Position numbers and translations under genes: made by a program. A stretch of 62,202 bases of DNA, filler included, from Choristocarpus tenellus KU-1152 (Eukaryota; Protista; Phaeophyceae), in assembly GCA_964200185.2 (NCBI GenBank). It is 7 parts of 7 records of this genome, joined end to end, with 100 filler letters (N's around TTAATTAATTAA, not from the genome) between each part and the next. Parts side by side here need not be neighbours in the genome. Positions count along the whole stretch, not along the records: positions 1 to 7,488 come from CAXNAD020006079.1; positions 7,589 to 28,355 come from CAXNAD020000378.1; 5 more parts are not named here. The stretch is one strand, 5' to 3'. Shown piece after piece: positions 1 to 13,700 of this stretch. Position 1 is the first letter of the stretch, and each line of letters opens with the position of its first letter. The notes beneath the pieces are model-generated. The model searched no databases and had not been told where the DNA came from. It saw only the letters and a program-made list of their open reading frames with translations.

Positions 1-76
1 GAAGTTCTCTTTTCCTGGTTTTGGGCCAAATGGATACCCCGGGGTAGACCCCCCCCCCCCCCCCAGATACTTTGGG
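1..76 (-). mobile_element. MITE family C, partial copy cut by the window start
   Basis: The reverse complement, CCCAAAGTATCTG(G)nTCTACCCCGGGGTATCCATTTGGCCCAAAACCAGGAAAAG, matches copies at 27528-27700 and 41160-41337. Confidence 0.75.
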
Positions 77-1525
77 TCAAAGGAGCAGATATTACAGCTC
101 AAATACCATTGCTCGAAAGTTGTTGCTTGAACATCCGTTCCTGTGGGTGCCCCAACTAAGATGCTTTCTCTGGATGGTCAGCGAGTTTTTGACTGCAAAG
201 TCCGGTGGGAAATGCCTCCACTACATGTGTCGATAAAGAATGGTGATCTCCACCAGAGTCAGGGGACGAAGAGCGGGGAGAGGTAGCTGGACCTGTCAAT
301 GGTGTCATAAATGTTGGTGATAGAAAAAAAGTAGTAGGAAGTACGGTCACCAGTTCCATGGATACTGGTGAAGACGATTTTTGCTCTCAATAGCTGATGT
401 TGAGATGAAACCAGGAAATTTTATTTTGCTACATATGGTACCTTCTTGGACATCAACTTTAGTTTTCTTCTTGTGAATTTGTTGGCAGTATAGTTGTAGG
501 GTTGAGGTTGAGGTTGAGGTTTAGGTTGAGGTTAGGCAATAATCTAGAATGTTGCAAATTTTTTGCTCTTTCCTTATTTGTTCGAGGGGGGCTAGGCTCA
601 GGGTTGTTGCTATGTGTCTGATCTTCTTCTCATGTACAGAGGAGTACAGGACGGTCATTGTACAGAAAGTAATTGGAAGCACTACTGTACTCCAATTAAA
701 AAAAATTAAGGTTTCGAATGTATAAGATAAGTAATATTGTTTCCAATTATAGTTGAGTTCTTCGTACTATATCATTTCTCTGTGTACCTCATCTCTCTGT
801 ACCTCATCTCTCTGTTTCACTTCATCCAGTATCCTTCACCCTTTTCTCGATGATTCCTCATCACAGGGTACATTTTTCCCTACCTTCCTCACCACATTTG
901 CCTCCAATTCCGACTGTTAACTGTGCCTCACAACGACAGGAATAATAGTGATGATCTCTAGCAGCTACAAAAATAGTCTCATCAGTCTTCCACCGTTGTG
1001 TCAAGGGTTTTTGTGAGAACTCGATGTCTCACACCTTTCCCTGCATGTGCATCGTTTGTATTATCACCGGGTCTGTCTCACTAGACGCATTTATTATGAA
1101 CCGCTGCACAAGTGCCTGCTACGTTAGTAACAATGGCATGAACGGAAGTATACCCACCCATACACAAAAAAAGGGTTCAGATAGACAGTATAGCAAGACA
1201 TGTGTGTGGGTTGGGAGAAATCAAGGCGCTTCACAAGATGTGCAATGTGCTGCAGACAACAATGGACTTGTGGATACGACGCTCTGTTAAGTGCTGCCCA
1301 AGAACAAGGTGATGCACGACCTCCCTCCACCACCCATTGCATAATTCGTAGCCCGCTCTCCATGACTACTTATTCAGTCCAGTATTATACAAAATTAGTG
1401 TTGACTGTGTGTATTGTTGACTGCTGGGCTACATCTTACTTAATCGTTCACTAATAAAACATGCTAATAGTTTCAACCGCCAACCTTGTTATGTACCCAC
1501 TATCTTCTTGACTCGAGATACCCTG

Positions 1526-1785
1526 GAGTCAAACCCAGTGAGAGGTAGGCAGGGTTGCATTTCAAAGATCCCAAGAAGGGCAAAAATATGCCATTTTTGT
1601 ATGACTGCAAAAAGAACCTCTGCTGAATTGTGGTGTGACTTTGTATGTGGAAAAGCGGGAATGTCAATTTTGCGTGAACTAATGTGCATATAGGACAACA
1701 AAATATAGTATATTGCACAGGATAAGGAAGATCACTTGAAATGCGAAAGGGTCCAAACCTACCTACCTCTCAATTGGTTTGGCTC
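1526..1785 (+). mobile_element. MITE family A (~260 bp, ~30-bp TIR starting GAGYCAAACC; PIF/Harbinger-like)
   Basis: Left end GAGTCAAACCCAGTGAGAGGTAGGCAGGGTTG and right end (rc) GAGCCAAACCAATTGAGAGGTAGGTAGGTTTG are inverted repeats. Homologous copies at 25994-26250, 28975-29214 and 21692-21798. Confidence 0.8.
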
Positions 1786-1789
1786 CTTA

Positions 1790-2300
1790 CCACTCGCCTG
1801 GAGAAGAGGTGCACACTTTCTGTGGCAAGTTGCCTAACGTTGTAGTGGACTGGACTGGGCACAGTGCCGTCAAAACAATTCAAGGGTGGTTAGTAGAGGG
1901 ATATTATCGGTTAAAGATCTGTCTGTTTCGAGGGTTAACTTGCTGGGGCTTGGGACAAATTTTTGTACACTCAAAATATGGACCAGCGCTGTTCATCAAA
2001 CACCAGGTTCCATTTGCTTCATTATGTCCGATTGTCCTACACCATGTTCTGGACAAAATTTTATGCTAAAGAAAGTCGTTTTTTGTGCTGTCCAGTGCCA
2101 TCACGTACGCTGTTCTTCTAGTTTCCCATTAAATATCTCACTCCTTCAGGGATGAGGGTTCGCAATTGTTGTGCGACTTCTTTGAAGTAGAGTAAATTAC
2201 TGCTTCGAAATATTTGTTTGGGTGAATATATCCTGAGGTGATTACAGTCAAGGGACCTTTTCTCGTGAGAGACACCTAATACGGAGATCGACATACAGTG
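1790..2300 (-). pseudogene. Possible very decayed Tc1/mariner transposase fragment
   Basis: A minus frame with stops reads HKKRLSLA*NFVQNMV*D..SKWNLVFDEQRW, resembling the mariner K-x-R-L-x-F-A...V-x-x-D-E-K-W region around the first catalytic Asp. Confidence 0.3.
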
Positions 2301-3488
2301 AAATGGTGTGATATTATGCATTTAACCCCAACGATACATATCTCTACATACACCATAGTTGTATTTCTCACTTACATTGTACCGCCAACTAAACCTCTAC
2401 CCCTTTTTTTTTATTATGCCCTCTCTGACAATTTGGACATGTGCCAGAGGAAAACTAATGAAAACTTTTCACGTGTTTAAATAATCCCTAAAAAGTAGTT
2501 TTGTATTCATCACCGAGCATTTCATTTTTGTATGAGCGATGTACCACAAATACATGGTGCGTATCTGTATCGTCTCACACACAATATCAAAAATGTACTC
2601 AAAGCATGTTACTATCAACATTATCCTTATTCGTGTAGTAGTAGTAACAGTTGGTTATATCCATTCAATGATATTGATCTCAATTTGATAATCAGGTCAA
2701 CGTAATTATTAATGTTATCATGTACCTCCACTCATCTTCAATTGCAAAGCCATTCCTACCATCACATACCAGTACTACCACAGGTGAACGGTGAAAACAC
2801 AGACAACATGGAAGAAGGTGATCACCAACACTTGCATCCCATCTGTGCTTGCTCCAAAGGGTAAAAATTGCCTTTGTTCCTGTGATAAAGATACAAATTT
2901 TCTCTTCAGCAAACAGGTTATGTCCACATCCTTACCTCCAACGATAACCAGGAGAATATAGACATTGAAAGGGATTTTAACATGTTACTATGCTTCTAAT
3001 TAAATATTTGAAGTACGTGTCGTACACTCGCAGATGATTACAAAAAATCATGCTTTGATCATTCCAAAGCTTTACAGCTCTGTCATAGAGCTTGATTCAA
3101 AAGCAAAGAAAGTCAAAACAACAAATATATTGAGTCTCAAGATTCTGTTCTATCAACAATGAGACACATTCAATCAACAAGTGCTTGCACCATCTACGGT
3201 TTTAAACACACACTCAAAGAGGAAATTTGCACACACACACAACACACAAATATTACAATTTGCTTGCAGGTCCCAAGGCACGAGCATGCATCTTATGTAG
3301 TCTTTCTAAATCAAAAGCGGGTGGACCTTCCACTTAAACCTGGCACGCCTTCACATTGCAGCTAAGCCAGTAATAGATGCAGTGCCTGTTCACAAAATTT
3401 ATCTATCTTGGTAAAAGGTTCAAACCTTCAACCTCCCACCTTTTCTGCTAGTATTGTTTCTTGTTGCTTGGCAAGGACCAAGCAAGTC

Positions 3489-5201
3489 TCACTCCTGAGG
3501 TGTTTCCTCAAACAAGTCTGGGTGGGTCTCCATCCACACAATAGCTTGGTCAATATTCCATCGAAGCTGGGGTAATGGATGCAGTAGCCCATCCAAGAGG
3601 ATGACCACATTTTGTGGCAAGCGAAGGCCAAAGCCCTGCCAGTACTGCCACAGTCGGGTTTGACATCCTCCTGCAGGCACCCCAGCATCAAGAAGTTCAA
3701 ACATTTCCAGTCCACGCTTTCGCTGGAAAATGTTAAGTGCAGGAACTGGTTCTACTGCCCTGATCCCCACACTCAGGTTACCACTGCACTCAGGATCTAC
3801 CTTTATCCGTGTAACAATCGCATCATATCCTAAGAGCAGGAATAATGTCACTCCAGCACTGAAAACATCACCAGCAAGCAGCATAGCAGTTGATTCATCC
3901 ACTTTGTGCGCCTGCCATGCACTTCTCATTCTGATTGCATCTTGGTGGGGCGAAGCAAGCCATCGCTCAGGACCTTGGTAACATGTCGTGGGGTCGTTAT
4001 GAAGATCATCCAGACTTGTGGAGGGTACATGTTTTGCAAAGCCCAGATCGCATATCTTCGCGATGTTGCCTTCTCTGTCCAGCAGTATGTTTTCAGGCTG
4101 CGTCAAATCGAGGAAGGGTTTGAATTGGGGATTGGTGAGCAGTTGTGCGTGTGTGAAGAAGAGGCGTAACGCTTCAGGGTTGACGTAAGCAAGGAAGAGG
4201 GCAGGATTGTGCATTTCTTTGATTTGACGTGAAGACCTTACCTTAACATCCCGGTGAACAATGCCCCTGTGGTGAAGCCCACGCAAGCCCCTTGCAACTT
4301 GCCAGAATAGGTGCATGCCTTCCAGTGGGGTGAGGCTACCACGTGAGGAGACAAAGGCATGAGCATCGCCACCAGTGACCCAGTCAAATACCATGGCTGT
4401 GACACAGAAGTCAGTTGGATCCTTGGCTGCACTTCCCTCATAAACGGGGGCATCTATGATGACATCCCGTAGGCGGACAACATGCTTCAGATCTTCATCC
4501 ATAACACCCAAGCAACTGTCATGGAGTATTCGATGTAGTTTGAGTCCAGCAACCAGCTCGTCATGGTAGCGGGTAAGTGCGACTGCATCATCCGTCTTGT
4601 GGAAAATCTTGACTGCAACCTGTGTGTGAGACATGAGGAAGGCGTATTTGGGTGGGCAAGGAATCCAAGAATACGATAGGGTTTATGTTGGACGCCAAAC
4701 ACTACTGCAGTGCTGTATGCTGATGGGGTAGAGAAGCTGATGTTCTCTTTTTTACAGTACGAGTGCGGATGAACTCATTATACACTATACCTTCCGCTTC
4801 GTAGGAGATGTGAAGGCGTCGATGGCCTCGTAAACAAAGCCGACCCCACCCTGCACTTGGCCTCTAGGGTCTGCAAAGCAATGATAACGTCTGGACAAAG
4901 TGAAATCGCAAAGCTCTAGCTCTTTCGCGGCAAAGTCTTCAGGAAAAAGGCTCTGGTGCATGGCCTTACGCCTTCGTTGTGCCGAAGTACTTGTGAGCAT
5001 GATAGCCCTCTCGCTCCCTTCGCAAGTTACTGATACTTGAGGAGGTTGACGGTGCGTCAAATCATTGAAGAAGTGATGCAGATCTAGGAGGCCTAGCTTG
5101 CGATCAATTTCGTCTACCCCTCTTGGGAGTCGACGCTTGGTGCCAAGGCTGCATGAGATGGATGGGCAAGTAGTGGAGGAACACAATTGGTTGAAGAACA
5201 T
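3489..5201 (-). CDS. Ser/Thr protein kinase, 3 exons: complement(join(3489..4097,4242..4619,4791..5201)), ~465 aa
   Basis: Gly-loop-like GQVQGGVGFVYEA, VAVKIF, HRDVK|PENILL (joined by splicing), DLG, TCYQGPE, GDVFSAG. Both introns are GT-AG, phase 0. The start codon is uncertain. Confidence 0.88.
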
Positions 5202-6799
5202 GGGTTGTCAAGTCACTGCGAAGAGTTGATTCGAGCACAGTTGCTTCATTCAAGATTAAGGGGAGGGTATTCTTTACAGACGAGCAACCTTGTTCCTGAA
5301 ATATGGCACTGTGTAGTTAATGGACAGTTCCCTACCTTTGTCGTCTTGCAGTACAAACTCGGTCTTGCACCTGAGTGCAACATGTAGAACTAAGGTCGTC
5401 AAATGGAAGGAACATCAACGGCGACATATGAAAGGTCGCACGTAGAGGATGCTTTGCAGGCAGGATAAAATGTGGCAATGAGGTTTGAACAAAGGTTGGT
5501 GGAGAGGGATACTTCCCTGTCTTAGGTGTTCGGGTGAAAACGTTAAGGTACCTTTTTCAGTAGCGGGGATCTATTGCGATTTTGATTGTTGTTGGGTCCA
5601 TTTCTATTTTTAGCAAGCAAGAACAACCATCAGTCTGAGATGCAACATTTTGCGAACACGGAGCGGAATTATTATGGAGCAGGGTTGGATATAATCGATT
5701 CCAACAGTCAACTCTTTGTGTTCACTCCAATACCATCCAAATATATTTCTTGGAATCACAATGGATAACTGTTGATGTGTTTCCAAATCCCACAACCCTT
5801 TCGTCTTCTTACTCTCTCTTGTTTCTATTTTCATTTCAAAGAGCTATTTGATGTTTTCTTCAGAACATTTATTGATTTCAAAGTTAAAACACTGCATATT
5901 GCGACAGTAAGGAATTGGGGAGACCAAGAGAACCAAGAACGAGTATGCAGGAATTCATTCTTGATCTAGTATCTGGTTCGATGATCTCTGATCATAAAAA
6001 TAAAAATTGATTTGATACAATATGAACATTATATATATTTTCTTCATTGGTATATTTAGAGTGTGAATTACTACAGAACCTACCATTTTCACTGGCTCCT
6101 TTTTGGTAACTTATGTACAAATATTGGTGGATTGAGTTGATTCGATTCATCATATTTATTCCCTACATGATGATGTATGACGCATATATTGATGTTCGAA
6201 TATTTTGGAGATGTTGTCACATCCACAATTTGAATGCGTTCAAAAATTATATAATAACTAAACGATAATAAAAATACTCAATAACTAGAGATACAAAGAA
6301 AAGTATCATATTGAAGAAAAAATCATGGTAGGTTGAGTAATTAAGTATAAATTAATGTACATACCGTATATAGAACTAAGATGCGGAACTTCTCATCACC
6401 CTGTCGCACATGATATATTCTTGAATTTTATTCAGTATTTTTTTCATCACTGGAAATCGTTCAAATGTTGTTATGATGGTGGAATAGTTCCTACTTGTGA
6501 TTTTTCTTTCTCTACATTTCGGATGATTATCTGATATTCACCTGTCATCATATCGAATTTTTCTCCCCCAGATATGATATTCATTAATGTAATGTTCTCT
6601 GAAAGTACAGAATATCACTCCATCACAACTAACTAATATAATTTGAACACATTCTTCATGTTGTAATACGTTTGTTTTTAGTTATTTTGTAGGGCTTGAC
6701 ATCTTTGAAGGTTGACAATCCACTTCAAAAGTTCAACTAGTTTCCAATACGTTTTTCACACCTTCAGATCAGTATTGTAACGTATGGCCCTCAACCCTT

Positions 6800-7240
6800 G
6801 AAGGCTAATTCCAACCCCACTTGAGTCCAATATACTGGTCTGGCTCCACACAATCCCTGTGTACGTTGTCAGGGGTAAAGGTACCTTGCCACCCGACCAG
6901 CCCATCAACCACTAATGTGCCGTTGCTGTGGCAGCCGAGGTGTGAAAGCACTCACCCACTACCAAAGATCTTTTGATCCTCGTAGTTTTAATCTCGACAC
7001 CTTTGCAGTGGAAAGTTTTGACCTCCTAGGCCAGTGAGTAGACAGTTTCCTCGATGAGGTGGGCACGCATGTGTAGCAAGGAAAGGGCTAAGAGGTTGCA
7101 GTAGACAAGGGACTGTCAAGACTCGTTTGAGACAGATCGTGTTCACAACTGCATAGGGAGCCCGCTCGAGGCGTGTCGTGCGTTTTCAACCTGGAGACAC
7201 GAGCCCAGTGGGCAAGAACGGGCCTCATGCAGTCTTGGGA
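6800..7240 (+). mobile_element. Decayed 3' end of a non-LTR retrotransposon (restriction-like endonuclease C-terminal region, CRE/R2-type)
   Basis: Frameshifted translation AVAAEV*KH..HYQRSFDPRSFNLDTFAVESFDLLGQ*VDSFLDEVGTHV...KTRLRQIVFTTA..RSRRVVRF matches the AAAExxKxxHY...FAVESFGRLG...RLxQxxSVxxQ motif of REL-domain LINEs. Confidence 0.65.
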
Positions 7241-7488
7241 TTCTTCCGTATAGCTCCTCGGTCACACTTCTGTAGGGCGATGCTATGAGCATTGTTGCAG
7301 TGTTGACATCTGTTTGTAGGGAAACAATCCAACAGGTGATTTTGTTCCATAGTTGCGTAGATTTTGAGGAACTGTGTCAGAAGTTCTTGCGTAGGTTTGG
7401 TCTTTATCTTATCCAATGTGAGTGGGCATGATAAAATATGTATTTATACAATCGTCAAGGGGGCATGGGATCAAAGTATCTAGGGGGG

Positions 7489-7588
7489 NNNNNNNNNNNN
7501 NNNNNNNNNNNNNNNNNNNNNNNNNNNNNNNNTTAATTAATTAANNNNNNNNNNNNNNNNNNNNNNNNNNNNNNNNNNNNNNNNNNNN
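7489..7588. other. Artificial contig linker (N44-TTAATTAATTAA-N44)
   Basis: Identical 100-nt spacer with stops in all six frames; occurs six times in the window. Confidence 0.98.
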
Positions 7589-8362
7589 TGGGGTGTATTT
7601 GAGGATCATCTGTGAAAAGGCATGGATTGAGGAGGGTTGGGGGCAAGTATTTTTGTGCCTCCCATATCGCACACGTGTTGAGAAACTTATGGTACCCGTG
7701 ACTTCGTAAAAAGTGAATAACTTATTTTTCATGGCAAAGCTCAGAATCGTTAGCTCTAAAACTTCTGTTGTCCAACAATCGCCCTTGCCCTTTTGCTGTG
7801 TAACACCCGTGGTCCAGAATACCAATCATGGTGAATTCTTACTGTTTTGCACATTATTAGTTTGACATGTCAATACAGAGAAATATATCAGTTTAAGAAA
7901 TGTAGCAGAGGGATGAAGTGCTTATTATGTAAAAAAGAAGTTTGTCCACTACTACTGGTGAAAATAACACTCACAAATAACGTTTATTATGGTCATGGAC
8001 AACGGCTGGGGCTATTTCCTCTCTATTGTCTGTTGTCTATAACAGGACTCGGGGTCATACAATCTTTGCTGTTCATTGCTGGCAAGTGCTTTGAGTCTAT
8101 TGTTCAATGAAGTTGATTGTTTAGGATGATGGCTAGGACAAGTTTATGTCTAAAATTCCTTGCCTGACAATGGTTACGGTTTGTTGTATGTAACATCAAG
8201 ACGTTCAGTTGTGAGATGCAAGCGTCACGATTTTCAAGGTGTAGGGAACTTCAATACTAGAGGTAGGGGATGTTCTTGGTGACAAACAAAATTGTCATCT
8301 CATTGTCTCTCACTTGGCAACATAGTGCTCTGAGACATAAAAAGCTGACAACATTGAATACA

Positions 8363-9433
8363 TACTCCCTTTGTCCCATAAGCCTCGGCCGTTAAGTTGT
8401 AGCTATTCAGGATCACCTCCAATTACAAAACGGAACTTTCCGTTGGATTCCTTTTAGTATTTTACTACAAAATCTATGACTCGTCCTTATTCGACACCGC
8501 CAACCCACCACAACCCAGGGTTGTCACAGAGGCTGCTCGGTCTACTTCCACCGATCTAGCCAACCCGCCCTCCCAATGACTTTTTATTATCCTGGTGTGC
8601 TTTACCTCGAAATCGTTTCCCACCAGCGCCCTTAACACCTGATTGTACCTCTTAAACAAACTTTGCCACACCCTCTCGAGCGTGTCTGCGTTGTACGCGT
8701 GGAACATGCTTGGATCCCCCTCTACTCAACGGTGCGGTAACGCTCACTCAATCCTGCTCTTCAGAGATGCAAAACCCCCCAAATAATTGATGTTGAGATC
8801 TGGAGACTGCGCTGGGTGTGTCACAAGCTTATTGTTCCATCCCTCCTCCATCCCTGCTGCATTCAGCTTCTGCACCGTGCCCTTGCCCGTATGTGTGGTC
8901 ACGCAGTCCTACTGTATGGAGACCGCCTTCGATTCCAGTCATGGCATTTTTTCCTTGATCGCTGCCAACTGTTACTCCATGTACCACTCCAGGTACCACC
9001 CAGCGTCGATGGTGACGTCGACTTCGACTGCGAGGTCCACTTCAACGAGCTTGAAGGAACGTTGATCGATAGTCAGCGTGCGACTACTGGCGTTGATTTC
9101 CTGGATCTTTGCTTGTTTCGTTGGCGTAAAGTCCGACAGTCGTCCAGATCGTGCTTGTGATTTCATGGAGATGCTACCCCCCCTGTCTAACTGTTCGAAG
9201 CGCGCCCACACCCACCTAGGGTTTCTCTTTCCCACACCAAACTCTTTCGCCAATTTAGACCCCACACTGCTCGGGAGCCTCTCGTGACCTGGAGGAAGAG
9301 TAAATGCGTAACACAGAGCGAGTATGGTCTGACCTTCCTCAGTCAGCTCGCAGCTCTTTTCCCGAGACGGTGGGCTTCGTGCCAGGGACGACAGTTCTCT
9401 AAGGTTAGCGTCGAGGTTTCGACTATTGACCAA
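8363..9433 (-). mobile_element. Internally deleted, decayed Tc1/mariner (plant/oomycete DD39D-like) transposase
   Basis: An N-terminal HTH-like part (LAKEFGVGKRNPRWVWARF...ARSGR) is joined to ...AIKEKMP..IQ*D...HTGKGTVQKLNAAG...WNNKLVTHPAQSPDLNINYLGGFASLKSRI...YNADTLERVWQSLFKRYNQVL..GNDF. TA+CTCCCTTTGTCCCA at 8363 resembles a Stowaway/mariner TIR. Confidence 0.8.
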
Positions 9434-10772
9434 TCTAAGTTGTACTATAAATTAGTGCATGTGAGGAGTGATGTCATAACAATGCTGAAAAGGGTTGAGT
9501 TGACCGTTAAGGCATGCAGTCAAGAGTAGTTGTGAATGTTGCTCTTGTGCTTAGACATACTATCTCCGATGGGAGTCTATTTGAATGCGCCTTCTACCTG
9601 ACATTTCATCCCCATACCTGAAATGAAGGGAAATCCCCTTCAATGACTGTGTGTGTAGAGAAGATAACTGTTAGTCCATAGAAGCATGAAATTGCCATCG
9701 TGCTAGGACCAGAAGGCAGTCACAGGTACCCCCAAACGCTGTATATGACGGTACTACCGTCAAAGGTATATAAGATAGCTTTGCAATACAGAATGGTTTT
9801 GCCATGTCCCAAAAGTCTCAATGTTTGCACTGCTAGGGAGACAAAACCTGGGCCACACCATGACCACTTATACCTCTGTTCAGATCTCACTCCTCATTTG
9901 GTGAGATCATGGATCCACCTCTTTAGATAAAGATGGAAACGTCCTATTATTGGAGTTGTTTTCTACAAACAAAATAGTATGCTAAATTGCGTTAAAAAAT
10001 ATGCAATTCCATTTTCAAGATAAAGAGCTACTGCTATCATAGTTCCACAACCTGGCTCTACCACTCCAGTCGCCTCAAAACCGCAGCAGTCATAACAAGA
10101 CTCCACACACCAACCTCAAGGAAGTAACTCACTGACAAACACAAGACTATAACTATATTGAAAATAACATAAACAACAAGACCGCAATATGCCCCATGCG
10201 GAAAAGAGAAAAGTGCGACAAGTCAAAACCTGGTGGTCAGGTGGAGTGTAGGTCTACTCCCCAAAACTTCAGAGTGAACTACTATATTACAGTGCACAGG
10301 TTGTTGCATGCCCCCTTCCAAAAAAGGGTTTCATTCTAGAGGCATGTACAGGAGGACTGAACCACACCTCGAATACAAGTCAGACCAAAAAAACAGGACC
10401 CTACGGGTCGAAAAAGAAAACACAGAGGCAGGCACATCACCTCAGCAATATATAAAAGTAGATTGCCGCTTCTTGGTTGTACTGTGCTTCAAAATGTCCC
10501 AAACCTAACACGATGACATGGTATGCGTATTGTATCAGTGATGGCAATAGAAACATCAAAAATAACAAGAGAACAGAGGTGCGAAAAGGTGCTAGGCAAC
10601 TAACCCCATCTACTACCTCCTCAATGCAAAATAGAAACCATGCCACTGGTCCAAAAACAATGCTTCAACCACGCATATTCTCATCTATCTTTCATTACTA
10701 CACTGTCCCCTCAGAGAGTCCACCCCACCAGCTGCAGCCAATGTGCCACAACGCCTTCCTTGAGACAACAGC

Positions 10773-13700
10773 CTAGAGGTCGCTGTACACGTATTGGGGG
10801 CATGGGTGCCCTGTCCTCTGAAAGAGGTACCTGATCTCCACATCCTTAGTGAGTGGAATAACCAGATCTCGGTAAATGTCAGAGATCACATGTGGGTCCA
10901 GCTTGAAGTTAGTTTCACCATTGACGACGCCTGTTGTGGTGACATCTGTGATGTCCTGGCCATATGTGGATGCCTTCATAAAGGCACGTTGTAGGACTCT
11001 TTCCTCCACCACCTTATTGGTGAGCAAGTCATTCACCCCTGAAATATCGCCAGCCCTGCACAACGAATGGTAGGTCTCCTTGTCCTCCTGAATAAAGGAA
11101 CACATACACAGAAGGGTTTCAAGTCACACCTATGATGTTTACTTGCACGGTTAGGAAAATTTCGAAGTTTAAAATGTTACAAAATAAAATTCCCAGTAAC
11201 AATGATAACATGCTCTTTATTTCCACTCCTGCTCCATTTTTGTTAGTATCATTAATATATATTTTCCATGTTGAGTCGAAACAGAGAGCCATATATCCAG
11301 CAACATAGCAGTCACTCCATCACATCGAGTCAATGTACTGGTTGGATAAAATGGTCCCGAAGTATCTGCTAACCCTCTAAATGGGGGTCCCTGTACCTCA
11401 GCAGTTAATGAATGGTATTCCCCACTCATCTATGCTCTGATTTAACCCCCCCTCAACGCCAGATAACTTTCAGGGAAACCTGATTTCAACGATCCAAAGC
11501 CCGCAAAATCCTAACCCTGTACTATCCTCCTATCTGTTGCTGTATCACCAAAGGCTAGGCCAAGAACAAGATGGCAAGACTTTATTACTGACCGACGCCG
11601 AGCCAGTTCCAGCACTAGACCTTTTTTTTATTTAGGAATAGCGACAAGTAGAGGGAGTGTAACAATCAGTCACAGTAAGTAGGACAAGAAGCAGTGCAGT
11701 GTGTAGTACAACCGAACACTTACCTGGCTAAGGCAAAAGAGCAAAACAAACCAAATTACTGCAATTAAACAAACTTGCTGCAGACCATGGAACAAAAGGG
11801 GTTCAGGGACAAGATACAAGACACAGGACACACACACAAAAACTGCTGGGAAAACAAGAACATTTGTGAACAGTAAAAGAGTAAAAAGGGATCAATTCTG
11901 TAGTACCCTGGAGTGGAACATGCGATCAGACTTCACTTGGCAACTATTCAGGCCACTCTCTACAAAATGGAAGCAGGCCATTACCCCTCAAAAGGGCAAT
12001 TGTGTAACATTGTTGAACAAATAATTGTCCCACGCTCACCCAACAAACACTACCAATATAGTAAAGATAAAATTCTGATCCTCAGTTTGTTGATTGAAAA
12101 TTAGGAGGGGAATGACTGTGTTAGGTACCAAGTGGAGAGTACGAATTCAAGAAAGCTTGCTGAGTCCGTTACTTCTTGACATCACACAAGAAGTGCACTG
12201 TCCTGCAATAAACCACCTATTTATCAATATTTCCACTGTCCTGGAATAAACCACATATCCATCAATAATTCCACCGCCCTGGAATAGACCACGTATTCAT
12301 CAATAATTCCACCGCCCTATATTATACAACCTATTAATTATTATTTCCAATGTTCTGGAATATGCCACCATTTTTAATGCATAAATATATATATATATAT
12401 ATAGATATTGCAAAACCTATTGGTGCACACAGGTATGCAGTCACTCAACAAAAAAGGCAAAAGGTTCTGCCCAAAATTGACTACCAAAGAGTTAAATACC
12501 AGTTATACAGCTAGTTAAACATGCAATGCTACTTGTAAAATCCAGGCAACTGTATCTTGTCAATGTTGACGTAGATCGACATTTTGTTTGTATTATTTTG
12601 CTTGTATTGTCCACTTTCAGCAACTGGGTCATTGCTGTATGTTCACATGATTGCACTCCTGGGTTGCTGCCACGAATCATCAACATGGGCAGGGATATAG
12701 GTATTGCTAAAGCATTGTCATCATTATCATCATCATCACCAGGACAGCAACAATGTGAAATAAAGCAAAGGCAATTCTGTCGGATTCAATCTGTTCTATC
12801 AGCAATGAAATATTCACCGACACATCAACCGACCAGCTAACCAACCTCCTTATATCAGCTGTCTCTGTAGAATGAAGACAGGGCTATAAATATCATAGTG
12901 CTTGAAGTATTATACAACGTTAAATGATAAACACTAGTAAATAACTACAACCCATCATCCACTTACAGAGAAGTTAAATGATAATACTAGTAAGTAACTG
13001 CAATCCATCATTCACCTACAGAGGTCAAGAGAGGTCACACCTGGTATTTGCTCTCTGCCACAAACTTGCCAAGGTGGACTCTTCGACTGAGAGCCTGGAG
13101 TGCGTTGATGTCACAGATCACAGATGACCCATGCTGCTCATCGTCTCCCTCCTCACATATCATTGGCACTACTTCCGATATGTAACTGCACCAGGGGAAG
13201 TGAAGGCAAAGAAACGTCAATATAAACAAAAAATGGAGCAGAGTGTTGTTGTTGTTGTTGTTGTTGTTGGGTGTGGAAAAATACTTCACATCTCAAACCC
13301 ACAGCACTGCTCACTTGGCTTGCATTTTTGTGCTCAGATGTAGAATTCTATTAACTTGGAACAGGTGATAGGGTTAGGATAATAATAAAATGTATAAATA
13401 TATCATCTTCTATGGGTAACAAAGTGGGAAAAAAAAGTGGCTAAGCAAGCTCAAAACAAAATGTTACCGTGCCAAGTGCAAAGTCTACTCCCACACAGAA
13501 AACACTTTGGAGAAATGTGAATTTGATTCAGAATCATCGATCATTTCGTGCGATTCCAAGGGCATGGTCACACCTACCAACACCAAACCAAGTATTTAAA
13601 CAATTACAGGAGAGAGTTGTATTGAAACCCGTGTCTGTCAACACACTGCTATATGAAAAATAGGACGCAGGAACTTCGCGCACATCCGGGTGGTCGTGCC

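Noticed and set aside
156-359. Possible terminal exon of a minus-strand gene
   Set aside because: An acceptor-like site is present, but there is no recognisable product and no consistent upstream exon chain.
499-536. (GGTTGA/GGTTTA)n run as a telomere
   Set aside because: It is short, degenerate and internal; similar hexamer runs recur in introns in this window.
5570-6700. AT-rich stretch as a viral or bacterial insertion
   Set aside because: No motif could be recognised in the frames I read. It may be a decayed transposon and needs a translated search.
7533-7544. Repeated palindromic TTAATTAATTAA flanked by Ns as a biological motif
   Set aside because: It is identical at six places with fixed N lengths, so it is an artificial six-frame-stop contig spacer. 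Gene neighbourhoods across it were ignored.
12198-12370. 38-bp repeats as a CRISPR array
   Set aside because: The units are directly adjacent with no unique spacers, lie in a eukaryotic intron, and no cas genes are present.
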